DNA of 64,000 bases, taken from Amphiura filiformis. Lineage: Eukaryota. The stretch spans positions 36,987,911 through 37,051,910 of the forward strand of contig NC_092646.1 of NCBI RefSeq assembly GCF_039555335.1, given 5' to 3'. The position numbers and the translations under genes are program-made. Below, in pieces: positions 38,701 to 51,740 of this stretch (the stretch's first letter is position 1; the number at the start of each line of letters is the position of its first letter). The notes beneath the pieces were generated by a model, which worked only from the letters and a program-made list of their open reading frames with translations, was not told the origin of the DNA and made no database searches.

Positions 38701-40367
38701 CAATACATGTACACAAAGTACAACTGGGAATGAATACTGTAAAACTACTTTTTTTTAATTTAATTTTTAATTTAATTTTTTTTATTTATTTGTTCGGGAT
38801 TTTGACAACCCTGGATAACCCAAGCTCTATTGAAGCTTATTTCCATTGGGGTCCATTTGAATACCGGGACGGGTTGGGAACAGTCAGGGGTTAACACCCT
38901 ACTCTTTTCGAAATTGGCTGTGAGATACATGTACAGGTATGGCTCTCTGCCACTTAATTTCGCTGGGGATATAATTTCGCTAATTTAATACACACTAATC
39001 TGACAGTTTTACATGTTTTGTTTGCTGAATTAGTGAAATTAAATATCAATGAAAATGGTAGTCCTTGGAAATGAGCAAAATCAAGAACTAGCAAAATTAA
39101 ATAGCTTTACAGTATATGTGATCTTATTGCACATTTAATGTGGAAGGGTGAGGTTATTGTCTGTTTGTTTGATGCTTGCTGTGATCAGTTGTCAACAGAA
39201 ATATTGTTTGATAAATTAGAATGTGAACTAAAGGGTGCAAACCACCAAATCAAGTTCCTATTCTTCTATGTGTTAAAAGGTATAGATAAATTGATAATTT
39301 TCTCATGATTAAAACTCCCTGGTTCATTCAAAACACCATTTTGCCTAATGTTTATGATATCTTCTACCATATAACCAATAATTTTTTGGTAGGTAAGCAG
39401 TAGTGGTGCACCATTTTGCCTAATGTTTATGATATCTTCTACCTTATAACCAATAATTTTTTGGTAGGTAAGCAGTAGTGGTGCATTGAAAACTACGTAA
39501 ACCCTATCAATCTTACAGCACACTGTCTTTATGAAGTGACATCATATGGTGGCGTAGATCCAATAACATACCTCAAATTTCAGAATGTAATCTTTTTATG
39601 CTTAGATGTTGAGAAAACCATCCACTAAAGTACAGTTATCACAAAAAAAATCAGGCATATCAGCATTCTTTTCAATTTTTTTTGTCATGAAATCAAGCCA
39701 GTATGGTTCTCAGAATGAAAACACTGTATTTTTTGGTATCAGCCATTTAGCTCTGATCCAATTTGGTGTTGTGAAATCTAAACATTTGGAAAGACTTCAC
39801 TAAATATGTGTACACAAAGTTGAAGCTGAAATAAATCAATAGGGCATCGCACATTGTAAGTTAGAAATAATATTGTCTGTTCTATGTTTGTTTGCTTGCT
39901 TTATGACTTGCTGTGTTAAGTTTTAATATTAACACAAGTAAAATGACCTGTACTCAATTTTTCAGAAAATAAATCTTGAATATTATTTACATATATACCA
40001 GTATTCAGATCATTACTTTATGTGAATTTTTTTATATGCCCATAAGGTACTTTTATGGGAAATGCACCATTGGGCACAATCAGGGTTGTAGCGACGGTGG
40101 CGGCGCTGGTCGGCAATAACCAGTTCAGCCTGACTGACCGGCACTCATGGGAATTAATGGGTCTTGCCGACCAGCACTAAAATGACAAATTGTCCTCAAA
40201 ACAGCTGTCAAATGCCATTACTGTCTTGAAGTAATTGGCATTCTGATTCAATTTTCTCTTAATTTTAGCCGGCACTAAACTTTGACTAGCTACAGCCCTG
40301 GCTGCACAATTTGACCCGATTTGTTTTTATGGGCACAATTTGACCCAATTTGTTTTTATGGTTGCAG

Positions 40368-40472
40368 GGGCAGTGGGTGCGAATCCTGGCTTGGTAGCTA
40401 TCTGGGAAGATGAGAAACAAAGGAGAGAGTTGCTGGGACAATTGGATGACTTAGTGCCGCCATCCTCACCAG
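40368..40472 (+). CDS. REV3L: REV3L-like exon: GAVGANPGLVAIWEDEKQRRELLGQLDDLVPPSSP-
   Basis: Acceptor tggttgcag| and donor CACCAG|gtgaga. Matches human GGNPGLQAIWEDEKQRRR. Confidence 0.82.
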
Positions 40473-40994
40473 GTGAGAAAACAGTTACGGGAAGAATCAT
40501 GGTGTAAATCAAGGCTTTGTGCTGTTTATACTTTGCTTAACTTTAGACTCATAACTTTGTGAAGATAGTGTGCACACAGTTTGGCGCAGCACCTTGCACG
40601 CAGTTGGGCGCAGGAATATGTATGTGACCAGATCTGATCCAATTTGGCTAAAGTCAGCAATAATGAAACTGAGATATAGGCAAAAAGTACTAGTGTGGAG
40701 GGATAAAAACCCAATAAGAAACATAAAAATAGACATATAAAATGTTCATAATTTTGCAACCAAATAGTCAAGAGATCTGGGGATTCAACATCAGTAAGTG
40801 TACTTAGGTACTGTGCAAGTTGGTAATTTTCTGACTTTGGCCTGAGTGGATCAGGTTGGGTCACATATTTTAGGAATGGTTATAAGAAGAGAAATAGGAG
40901 AGCCAGTAAGGAAGCCCTCATCCCAACCCTAAACCTATTCCTAAACATAACTTTGACGTAATCCTAATTCATATCCTAACCATGACCTAACCCA

Positions 40995-41232
40995 GGGGTT
41001 CTCGATTATATTTGCTCACAGGCCATAGGAGGGTCAAAATCATTGCAAAGATTGTCTTTTTGGGCCAAATACACATTGGTTTGCTATGTTTACTGTACAT
41101 TTCAGAACTGATAAAGGGCCAACCAAAAACCAAGGCCAAATACACATTGGTTTGCTATGTTTACTGTACATTTCAGAGCTAAAGGGCCAACTGCAATTAG
41201 TCAGTGGGCCGCCTATTGAGAACTCCTGACCT
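40995..41232. mobile_element. MITE-like element with an internal ~70-bp tandem duplication.
   Basis: TIRs caggggttctcgat / ctattgagaactcctg. The unit ggccaaatacacattggtttgctatgtttactgtacatttcaga is duplicated at 41062 and 41137. Confidence 0.55.
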
Positions 41233-42190
41233 AAACGTATCCCTAATATTAACGGTAACCCTAACCTGAAATGCCCCAAACACTATCTTTAACCCTTTTA
41301 GGACTAATGACCTTTTGGATAAATAGTGTGTTTCCATCCATTGCAGTGTACCAATATTTGGGGAAGACTCAAAGATGCAGACAGATAGTGACTAAAAAGT
41401 CACAACAATATAGAAGGAACTAATCTTGAATTAATAAATAAACAAATAAATAAAAACATTCTAAATTAAAATTGGTCATGGAAAAACATTCCCGCTTCAA
41501 ATGAAATATCATAATATTGATAATCATATTTAGTTAGTAAAGTAAAAAAAAGGGTCATCAACATGAATAAAATATAAAGACGATTGAAAAAAAAACCACA
41601 CACAAATAACCATTACCGTGTTAAAGTGACAGGTCAATAGCTGTCAATAGATAACCAAATAAAGATACTGTGTCTTTTTGAAGTGTGCCAAATACAAGCA
41701 TGGTTGCTTGAATACGGTATAGTTAATTTTTCACGCTGGGTTAATTTTTGACGATTTTATCAATTCTGGACAGTTTAGTAGTTGTTTAATTTGTGTTTCC
41801 AAATTTTTTCACGTTATGTACTATGTGTAATAAATATTTTTGTGTGAATAAAAATTCGCGGCTGCCTGTTCGACCGCGAAAAGCACGAAAATTAAACTCT
41901 GCGAAAATTTCCGGCTAGACAGTAGTGGCTCAAATTACTGAAGTCGTCCAATTTTTCTTTCAAATATTGGTTTCTATGGGACAGGAAACTATTGGAAATC
42001 ATGGTGTGACGATATTAGAAAGTCACCCAATTATTTTCATAACATTGGTTTCTATGGTAAAGAAATGGTAACAAGTCACTAAAAATCTTCAAAATTCACC
42101 CAATTGGGCTATAAAATTATGCATTTGGCAACCTTGACATATAGTGATAATCCAAATCTGACCTGTACTGTACACACACACAATCATGGG

Positions 42191-42393
42191 GCTATTCCAG
42201 TTGACATCTATACACCCCCTATGAAATTAAAGGACATGATCTTAGTCTCACAGTCACACACAAGGGATGTAGATTTCAAATGATTAAGTCGCCCATTCAG
42301 ATTACGGTAACCCCATTTGAAATTCACACTCCCTGTGTGGAGGATTAACATCATGTCTTCCATGGTGTGTGTATGGATTTCAACTGGAATAGC
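42191..42393. repeat. Family H, 2 units.
   Basis: Same structure. Confidence 0.8.
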
Positions 42394-43239
42394 TAATTGC
42401 AAAAGTTACCTGGTGTAGGTTTTGTTATTGATTGCTAAGATTGACCCGACTTAGAAAATGGCATATTTGTGTGACCCTTAAGGGTATCCGTAGGGAGAAC
42501 ACTAAGTGATACGGCCAGGTCTGGCCAGGTGCATGTTTGTTCGCAGTCTACAGGTGTAACTAGGTTGTTGTATATTCTATAATTTTCCTGGCGTGTTAAC
42601 TGTGATTACATCTAGACACCAGTTTATTTTTTATTTGAACGGGACCCTAATTTAATGAGAAAAACGCCGAAAAAGAGAGGCCCGGCAAAAGCCGATTTGC
42701 AGACAATTTTGTAGCTACAGACAGCTCGTATTCCATATAACAACTACGGAAACCAATCAGTGCCAGAAGTGTTGATTTATATTTCATCCACTTAGGTTTG
42801 GCTTAACCCACTAAAAGGTAAAACTTTAAGGCTGATCATTTTAATTATAAATGTAGTGTGTGTGTAAAAGTATATTTCTCAAAATGGAGGAGCGCGCCTA
42901 TGACTATTGTCCGTTCTGTCTACATGGTCTATGATAATTGTTTTCTTACCGAAATATATTCACTTAACACAGACCACGGTTGCCAAACAAATGAGGGCAA
43001 ACCGCATGGTCAAATCATTGAAAAGTCGCCCAATATTTTTTTTATCAACCGTTGGTTTCTATGAGATAAAAAACTACCAGAAGTCGCGTAAGCCAATGTT
43101 GCGAAGTCATGCAATATTTTTCTTAACCATCAATTGGTGTCTATAGGACAGGAAATTGTCGCGAGGAAAATCTTCAAAACTCATCCTATTGACCTAGGCC
43201 TATTACATCGCGGGTTTGGCAACCCTGCAATCGCACCGC

Positions 43240-45110
43240 ATTGTGAGGTGAACGAACTGAATGTTGACATTGTATTCAGGATTTAAAACAAGAACTGTCT
43301 TTAAACAGACAATGCGGTTGGTATAAAACATAGCGTGTGATATCATGATATCAACTTCAAAATCTAAAAACAAAAGTAAAGAAATAATTTAGGGCGAAAT
43401 AAATAAACAGCGTACAGCAGGTGCTATCTTGTCAATAATGATAAGAGGAACATGAAAATAACCAGCAGAGAGCATGCACCCCAGTAAAGAGTTAAATAAA
43501 GCAAGGAAAAATCATAATGTGCAGAAGGCCTACTTTTCGGATGATATTCACAGAAACAAAAATAAAGAACTAAAGATCTAAAAACAAAAGTAAAAAAAAT
43601 GAAGGCGAAATAAATAAACAGCGTACAGCATGTGCTGACTTGTCAATAACGATAAGAGGAGCATGTACCTCAATAAAGAGTTTAAATAAAACAAGGAAAA
43701 TCATAATGTTCAGAGGCCTACTTTTAGGATGATATTCACTGAAACAGAAAAAAAGAAATAAGTTTAAAGAATTATATATTTTAAGATTAGATAATGAACA
43801 ATCATACATAAAAATGTGACATGTGTCTGATGATATTTATACACTTGAGCAAAAAATAAAGAACTACTTAACACGCGACATAAATAAATAGCCATATTTT
43901 ATGAGCGAACTGCATGTTGACATTGCGGACCAGGATTTGAAACAAGAACTGTTATCAAAAAGAAAACGCGGTTGGTATAAAAACATAGCGTGTGCTATCA
44001 TTATATAAACTTCAACATCTAAAAACACAAGTAAAGAAATAATTTAGGGCGAAATAAATAAACAGCGTACAGCAGGTGCTATCTTGTCAATAATGATAAG
44101 AGGAACATGAAAAACCCAGCAGAGAGCATGCACCCCAATAAAGAGTTAAATAAAGCAAGGCAAAATCATAATGTGCAGGAGGCCTACTTTTCGGATGATA
44201 TTCACAGAAACAAAAATAAAGAACTACGTTAGTACGTTTAAAAAATTATATAATTTGAAATTAAATAATGCAAAATCATACATAAAAATGTGACATGTGT
44301 CTGATGATAATTATACACTTCGACCAAAAATTTAAAAAATACTTAACACGCGACATAAATAAACAGCCATCTATCAAGAATGACAAGAGGAACATGAAAA
44401 AAAACACCTAATATATGAGAGCATGCACCCCAATAAAGAATTGCTTTAAAATAAAACAATGAAAAATCATGACATGTGAAATGTATGTTGATACACTTAT
44501 ACATAATACTCAAGGGTGAAATAAAAAACACCTTATCTACCGATATTTCCACAGTTAAACATACTCAGTGATCACTTGTACTAAAACAAAAATAAAGAAA
44601 TACTTCACAAATGATAAGAGGAACACATAAAAAATAAATAAGCGAGCATGTCCCAAAAAGAATTAGTAAAAGATAAAATAATGATAAAACTTACAAGAAG
44701 GGGCAAAAATATTTGTCGCAAAAACTTATTAAATGCTCATTTGCTCTAAGATATTTAATGTTTGCAATTTACTCCTAGTTTATCATTTATTTATTATTTA
44801 TCTAGGCTTATATATCTTTTATTTATTTATCTATTAATTTATCTATTTATCAATTTATTTCAATATCATTATTATTAAGTGCCTATTTATAATGATATTT
44901 AAATCTATCAACATTATGCTTACGTCATCCAGGAGTTATTATCCCACTTGAAATCGCCATATAAACACAAATTAATAAAGAAATACACAATGGGTGAAAT
45001 AAAAAGCATGATCTATCTTTTCAAGAATGAAAAGAGGATATAAAAATATAACAGAGCATGTCCTATAAACATGATAAAGAATTATTTAAAATCGTACAAA
45101 TGTGAAACAT
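43240..45110. repeat. A-rich minisatellite: ~215-bp subunits in a ~650-bp higher-order arrangement that decays towards 45100.
   Basis: aaaaacaaaagtaaagaaataatttagggcgaaataaataaacagcgtacagcaggtgctatcttgtcaataatgataagaggaacatgaaaa...gcatgcacccc.ataaagagttaaataaagcaagg.aaaatcataatgtgcag recurs at ~43365, 43580, 44015 and 44330. Confidence 0.8.
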
Positions 45111-45142
45111 GTAATATGGAATAAGCGTTTTGAGCGTTTCGA

Positions 45143-45771
45143 CAGTATTTTTTGTGGGAAATGAGAGCACATCAGACATATCGAATTGCATTCTGAATAC
45201 GAAGAATGTCTTTCTCATATCAAATAATTTTCATTTTTTGAAATTCACGATATAATGCAAATTTTATGACAAATTATTAAAATTTGATATTTTTCACATT
45301 TTCGATATATAACAGTCCTCGAAGTAAATTTTATAAATCTAATGACATATTCTTAAAGTGTATGTAGCTGGGAGGAAAAGCCGACGATCAATTGAAAATT
45401 TTGACCTTTCATATTGAAGATATGGATTTTATTTCCCAAAAAGACCTATTTTGGGGGGGAGGGGGGGAAATCCATATCTTCAATACGAAAGGTCAAAATT
45501 GTCAATTGATCGTCGGCCTTTCCTCCCAGCTACATATACTTAAAGAATGTATCATTAAATTTATAAAATTTACTTCGAGGACTGTTATATATCAAAAATA
45601 TCAATTTTTAATGATTTGTCATAAAATGTGTATTACATTGCAATTTCAAAAAATCAAAATTATTTGATATCAGGACATTCTTAGTATTCAGAATGCAATT
45701 CGATATGTCTGATGTGCTCTAATGTCCCACAATAAATACTGTCCAAACGTTCACACCCCAGCCCTTAACAT
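45143..45771. mobile_element. FB-family perfect palindrome of ~630 bp.
   Basis: Centre at ~45462 (ttttggggggg|agggggggaaa). The right end is ...cgttcacaccccagcccttaac. Confidence 0.85.
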
Positions 45772-45802
45772 AAAACAAAATAAAAGCGGTCATGATAATA
45801 CG

Positions 45803-46892
45803 GGTGTCCCAAAAGTAACTTAACATTGTGAATTTGCCATAACTTGCGTTGGGTTAATAGTGTTGTTACAAAAATTGCACAGAATGTAGATAATATTTTT
45901 AGAAATGTTATGATACCAAACATCCATATGTGGTCATGATCCTTTAACATGAAATTAGCGAATATTTACCGTACCGTAAAACCCACTTTTATAAACGCAA
46001 AATAAGTCTCGTCATTTGAGACGTGATAACACGATATATAACGTGTTATTGTTTTAAAATCTGTTTTGTTTAAGTTGGCTGTGTTTGTTTGTTTGTTTGT
46101 TTTCAATGCGTAATCTTCATTTTCTGGTTTATCTGGATTTTATATGGAAACTGCTTTTCTTTTCTGCGGATTTGATGAACAGTTGTACGCGGTACATAAT
46201 TGGAAGTCGACGTACTGATCGTCTTGGGCTTTTCGCCACCGCTCTTCGTATGACATCGATGTTTGTAGCCGATCTTCCTGTTCTTCCACGTCCTGCCGAG
46301 GTAGATCATGAACAGATCCAGTTGATAGGAATTTATGCACTAGTTGCTGGATTGTATTTCGGCTGGGTGCATAATTTACATTAAAATTTTCCTTAAACTT
46401 TGCTTGAATGAGTTTGTCCGACTTTGTCTCGGCTCGGCAAAGAACCATACGATCTGAATCCGTTGATCTATAGGAAATTCATCTTCACTTCAACTGTTTT
46501 AAAGTAAAGTTTAATATTGTCAATATATCCTAATTATAATCTAAAACAGCAGTCACGCTTATGCTAGGCCATGTAATCCATGAATGTTCATACCTAAATG
46601 TAGCGTGTGCAGTGAGTGAACCAACTCTATTGTTCAGGAAAGCACATTATAATGAATAATTATTCATGTGCTTGAATAAAAAACATATGAGCTTGCTTTT
46701 GTGGGTTTGATACACACATGTGTACACCCCTACAGTAGGTCAAGGGGTCGTCAATAATGCTGTTTTTGGTATCAGAATAATTCTAAAAGATCAATCTATG
46801 TGAATATGTTCTCCATTTTGGTATGAAGTAGGAAATATTTGAGATATGGCAAATTCACAATGTTAAGTTACTTTTGGGACACGCTGTATGAC
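45803..46892. mobile_element. Non-autonomous Tc1/mariner-like element with 38-bp TIRs.
   Basis: gtgtcccaaaagtaacttaacattgtgaatttgccata at 45804-45841, and its reverse complement at 46853-46890. Confidence 0.8.
46140..46448 (-). pseudogene. Remnant of the N-terminal HTH of a Tc1-like transposase.
   Basis: The ORF peptide ...SRNTIQQLVHKFLSTGSVHDLPRQ... resembles the Tc1 motif (S.QTIVRKYKHHGTT...RSGR). There is no DDE domain and the frame decays afterwards. Confidence 0.5.
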
Positions 46893-49800
46893 ATTAAGGG
46901 CGAACACCACTAATGAAGCGTCTTGGTTGAAATGCACGTGAAAATTAATGTCTTTCTTTGCTCAATTTGAGGCCTTTTTGGCTCTCATAGTTGCCTGCTG
47001 TACCCCGTTACATTTTATTAAGAAACAAGGTAGTATAGTTTCTCTCTATTGATTTTGCAATGGCGTCTCCAGGAGGGGGGCTCAGAGGGGCTTTCAGATT
47101 TATGCGGTGGGGGGGGGGGCTTAATGGCTAAAATCGCCAAAAACCGCCTGATTTTACATATCCCTCTAGCGTTGGTTGTCAGCACATTGCAGTCACTCCT
47201 CATCAAGTGTTGACAAAGACAACAGTGGTTGTTGAAACGTACACAGTAAGTGCATTTTCTTGGATCAGATACTACGAACTCTGGTTTACTAGTTTACTCT
47301 ACCGATCCTGATGAATTTGTTCAATCAATAACGATATATGGGGACCAATCACAAGCCAGATTCATTTAAAGATGCATTACATCATGACCAATTTTAGTTA
47401 GGCCCTGGCCTAACTCTCCATAGAATCCCGTGTTAAAAATGTTATCCGTAATCCAAAGTCAGTAGTCCACTTGGGAAGCTAACAAACAGAGGGAGTACGG
47501 TGACTGAAAAGATTAGATGTGAAAATCTATCAATTGTGCACAAATAATAATCAAGAGTTTTAAGCTTAAATGCAATAGCCAGAAGCACAATTGGCAAGTG
47601 GAGTACGGAGAAGTCTAGCTACACCCTGGAAGGAAAAAAAAACCAGTATTTGAAACGAGGAAATGTGCAATATGACTTAATGTAATACATTAGAAAAGGC
47701 TTAAAAGGCAACTATTAGGCTCTGATTCATATTTAATCCTCATTTAGGCCTGTAAATTAGATTGTCTGTGTAAATTTAGCAGGATCCGACTTTTTATGAC
47801 GACTTTCAAAATGTGTTACATTTCAGAAACACCAAGCTGTTTGTGAGGTGGCGTTAGCTGTATGGGTTATAGGTTGAACTTTTACAATATTTCTGGGAAA
47901 AAATCCTGAAATCCATATATATTAATTTTTACAATGGATGTCGTCATCTGACCTTCTGCTTGCAGAAAGGGAAGTTTTGAAGAACTGAGTTGTTTTCCGG
48001 CCCCTGTCTGTACAGAAAGTCAGTGGGGGTTATTTACTGGTGTGCACCCTAAAAGGCCCTTGTCATAACCAATGGTGGCGGCATGATTTTTCCGTGCATG
48101 AGGGTTTAGGCCAAATTAAATTATATGTCTAAACTTGAGGTTGCATGTGTAAAACATGGTCTTTTTTTAACGCATGTTTGGGGTATTGAAATGATATTCT
48201 TTTGGCTTGCACAATCATGGTAAAGATCCATGTCATACATAAGAGATTATAGGACATACAATACTTGGTAGGCCTAATGATAATGCGTAAACTTTGTACC
48301 TATTAGGGAACTGAAATCAGACTGAAAACACAAACGTCATTCGGAGGCTCTGTCTCACCAGTTGCATTTACAAGGCCCTTGTTATAACCAGTGGTGGCGG
48401 ATGATTTTTTTCTTGTTGTGGGGGGAAGGGTCACACAAGGTTCTGAACAGAAACGTCACATACGGACCAACCCACACTACCGAGAACCGCGAATGCCGAG
48501 AACCGCGAAAGCCGAGAACCGCTCTAGTTTTCTTTAAAAATCAACAGACTTCAGAAGTAAACATGGTAAACAAGTCTCGCTCATATAACTATTCTGTGTT
48601 GCCAAATCCTTTTCAATCATAGTCGTCTTGTAGTATGCGTGATCCGTCAAGCATGCACATTAACATCACATGCGGGGATGAGGGGTTAGTGCATGTATGT
48701 AATATGCTTAATACAGCACTAATTTTGTTGGGTTAAACTTAGAACTTAAAAACTGTTTCCCTTGTTTTTACAATTTGTGATTTTAAGTTTCCGTACATTG
48801 ACCTGAACACAAAAGGAATATATACGGCAAACTATGTGCGTTGTCATTTTTGCGGTTGCAGCTTGGAACGCAAAAATAAATGTAGCGCAGTAATTTCCAC
48901 TTTCACAGTAGTTACTGGTCTCGGATACCCACTGTATTTGACTTTCGCTGTCCTATATTTGTCCTAAATTTTCATTCAAAATAGTCCTATATTATTACTA
49001 TGTAGATGCAAGGACTGGCCTGAAGCCCTGTATAAATTGAAAGTCCCATTATATAAATTGCCCCATTGAAATTGTTTGCTGTAGCTTAAAGCCATGCTTG
49101 GTTACATAATATATATGGTATAGTCCAGATATAAGAGATATGAAGTTTTGTTGTGTATTTTGCATGAATGCATTTTTGAAATAGGATGACTTTATTTGAC
49201 CTACATAATAAGGCTAAAGAAATTGTTATTTTGTTGGAACCTACTTTTGAAACGAGTTGTATTGCCTACTTCATGCACTAGTTGTTGTTTTTTTGTTTGT
49301 TTGTTTGCTTTGGTAAAAATGCAATTCTCTTGTGGAATTTATGTGAAATTTTTTAATTTAATTTCTGAAAAGCAAAGCGCATCTTTACATCAAAGTTATC
49401 TAAGCATTGAGTTGCAATGGCAGTGACATTGATTAAAGTTACACAACAATACTCAAAAACTGTCAAAAGGATCAGAAACTGTCAATCGGGATTTTATTCT
49501 TTTGTTGTCTGTCATGGTGCTGACCACAGTGATTTTCAGTGTCATAGGACTTCAGTACTTGGTAGTGTTGCCTGAAAAATATTGAAGGAACTGCCACTCA
49601 TCTGATTTACAATGTTAACACTGATATTTAAAAAAATAATGAAGAAACGAGACGGCCAATATGCTTCACCCTGGCAGGGCATACATAAGACAATGCGAGA
49701 CGCAATTAATATGTGAGGATCGGAAATAAATGATGTAAGCCCAAGAAATTATGATTAAATGACTTTATAAAGCTTGGACAAACTGACATGTATAAATTTA

Positions 49801-50117
49801 GAGAGCAGAAAAAAATCAGGACTCAGCATGGTTGGAACCCCAGACCTCATCACTAGGGTGTACGCTTCTTAGCTGCATGTCCCTGTGTTGTTGTTTAATG
49901 GTTTATGGAATGATGTGGGGCCGTAGTGGTCAGTGACAACCTATAAAGTATGCTGAGGCTTATGGATCAACGTCAAGGCGTTCTGCCTGTGCGTAGCGCA
50001 CTATACCACCGCACTTAAAAAACATTTGAGTAGCATACTTTATTCACTTTAAAATTTAACATATATATGTTGGTTGGTATCACGGCAGGTTAAAATTATT
50101 TTCATTGTTTTTTCCAG

Positions 50118-50202
50118 ACCGTGTTGATTTGCCCGATGTAGAGAGTGAGCTGCGTGGCAAGGCTAGACTACAGGAAATAATCCAAGACCACATGAATCAA
50201 CT
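50118..50202 (+). CDS. REV3L: REV3L-like exon: DRVDLPDVESELRGKARLQEIIQDHMNQ-
   Basis: Acceptor tgttttttccag| and donor CAACT|gtaagt. Similar to human ...KKFQKRLQEILKQ. Phase consistent. Confidence 0.75.
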
Positions 50203-50823
50203 GTAAGTGGATGGTAAAATGTTAGAAATGACAGAAATGTGCATATAGTTCAACCACTTTTATAAGGACTTCTTTTAAACAGATATCTCCATTATCTGGC
50301 TGACCAGTTGCCTTGGGGTCAGTGGTTTGAACTATCTGATTGGTAATAAGTTAAGGGGTCAGTGGTTTGAACTAAGTAAAGGGGTCAATCCTATCTGATT
50401 GGTGATAAGTAAATCCACACCTGCAAAGGGCATTTGAATGAAAAAACCATGCTGAACAATATGTACTCTTTAAATTTGAGGAGCTCATAATCAACAGGAA
50501 TTGTTGGGCTTTTTACCACTGCACCAAAAAGTAAGAGTGATATTAATAGTTGACCTGTCTGGTCTACATTATGTGTGTTAAAGAAAGTAGACAAAAGACT
50601 AGTTTGTGATACTTATTGGTAGATGTCGCAAGACAATTCTCGAAGTAAAATATATTGATATTAATCCGCGATGTCACAAGTCCCGCCGATTGCAAGCTGA
50701 TCAAACAATATTTCAATCCCATTTATCTCCATCATCTGGCTAGCCACTGGCCCTATGGCCAGTGGCTACAAGTGTCTGATTATAATTAGTGATAAGTAAA
50801 TCCACGCCTGCAAGGTGTTTGAA

Positions 50824-51037
50824 TTAACCCCATGAGAACTACCTGCCTATTGGTCAAAAAGGAGTTTTCATTATCAATTGGACCAATCAGCAACATTGTT
50901 AGAATAATTTCACCATGCAAAAATGGGGGTGATCGAATTATTTGCAAAACTTCATTCTGATTGATTAAAATGAAGATATCATGTAATTGACTAATCAGAG
51001 GCAATGTTAGATTGGCAGGTAGTGCTCAAGGGGTTAA
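50824..51037 (+). mobile_element. Same MITE family, full length, flanked by TTAA on both sides.
   Basis: ttaaccccatgagaactacctgcctattgg ... gattggcaggtagtgctcaaggggttaa. Confidence 0.85.
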
Positions 51038-51103
51038 CAATATATTCACTAGCAGACTATGGTAATTATAGTCTAATGGGAACCTGCAGACATGGTTGTT
51101 AGG

Positions 51104-51740
51104 TTAAGGGCTGGGGTATGAACGTTTGGACAGTATTTATTTTGGGACATTAGAGCACATCAGACATATCGAATTGCATTCTGAATATGAAGAATGTCAT
51201 TCTGATATCAAATAATTTTGATTTTTGAAATTCGCAATTTAATACACATTTTATGGCAAATCATTAAAATTGATATTTTTGATATTTAACAGTACTTGAA
51301 GTAAACTTTATAAATCGGATGATTTATACTTAAAATGTATGTAGGTGGGATGAAAAGCCGACGGTCAATTGAAAATTTTGACCTTTCATATTGAAGATAT
51401 GGATTTTTTCCCCCAAAACACCAAAAAAATTAGGTCTTTTGGGAAAAAATCCATATCTTCAATATGAAAGGTCAAAATTTTCAATTGACCGTCGGCTTTT
51501 CCTCCCTGCTACATACACTTTTAGAACATATCATTAGATTTATATAATTTACTTCGAGGACTGTTATATATCAAAAATTTGAAAAATATCAAATTTTTAT
51601 AATTTGTCATAAAATTTGTATTATATTGTGATTTAAAAAAATGAAAATTATTTGATATCAGAAAGACATGCTTCAGTATTCAGAATGCAATTCGATAGGT
51701 CTGAGGTGCTCTCATGTCCCACAAAAATACTGTATTAAAC
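51104..51740. mobile_element. FB-family perfect palindrome of ~640 bp with a TTAA terminus.
   Basis: The left end ttaagggctggggtatgaacgtttggacagtattt is the reverse complement of the 45740-45771 right end. Centre at ~51425. Confidence 0.85.

Noticed and set aside
46085-46384. 99-aa + strand ORF.
   Set aside because: It overlaps the Tc1-like transposase remnant in antisense and has no homology.
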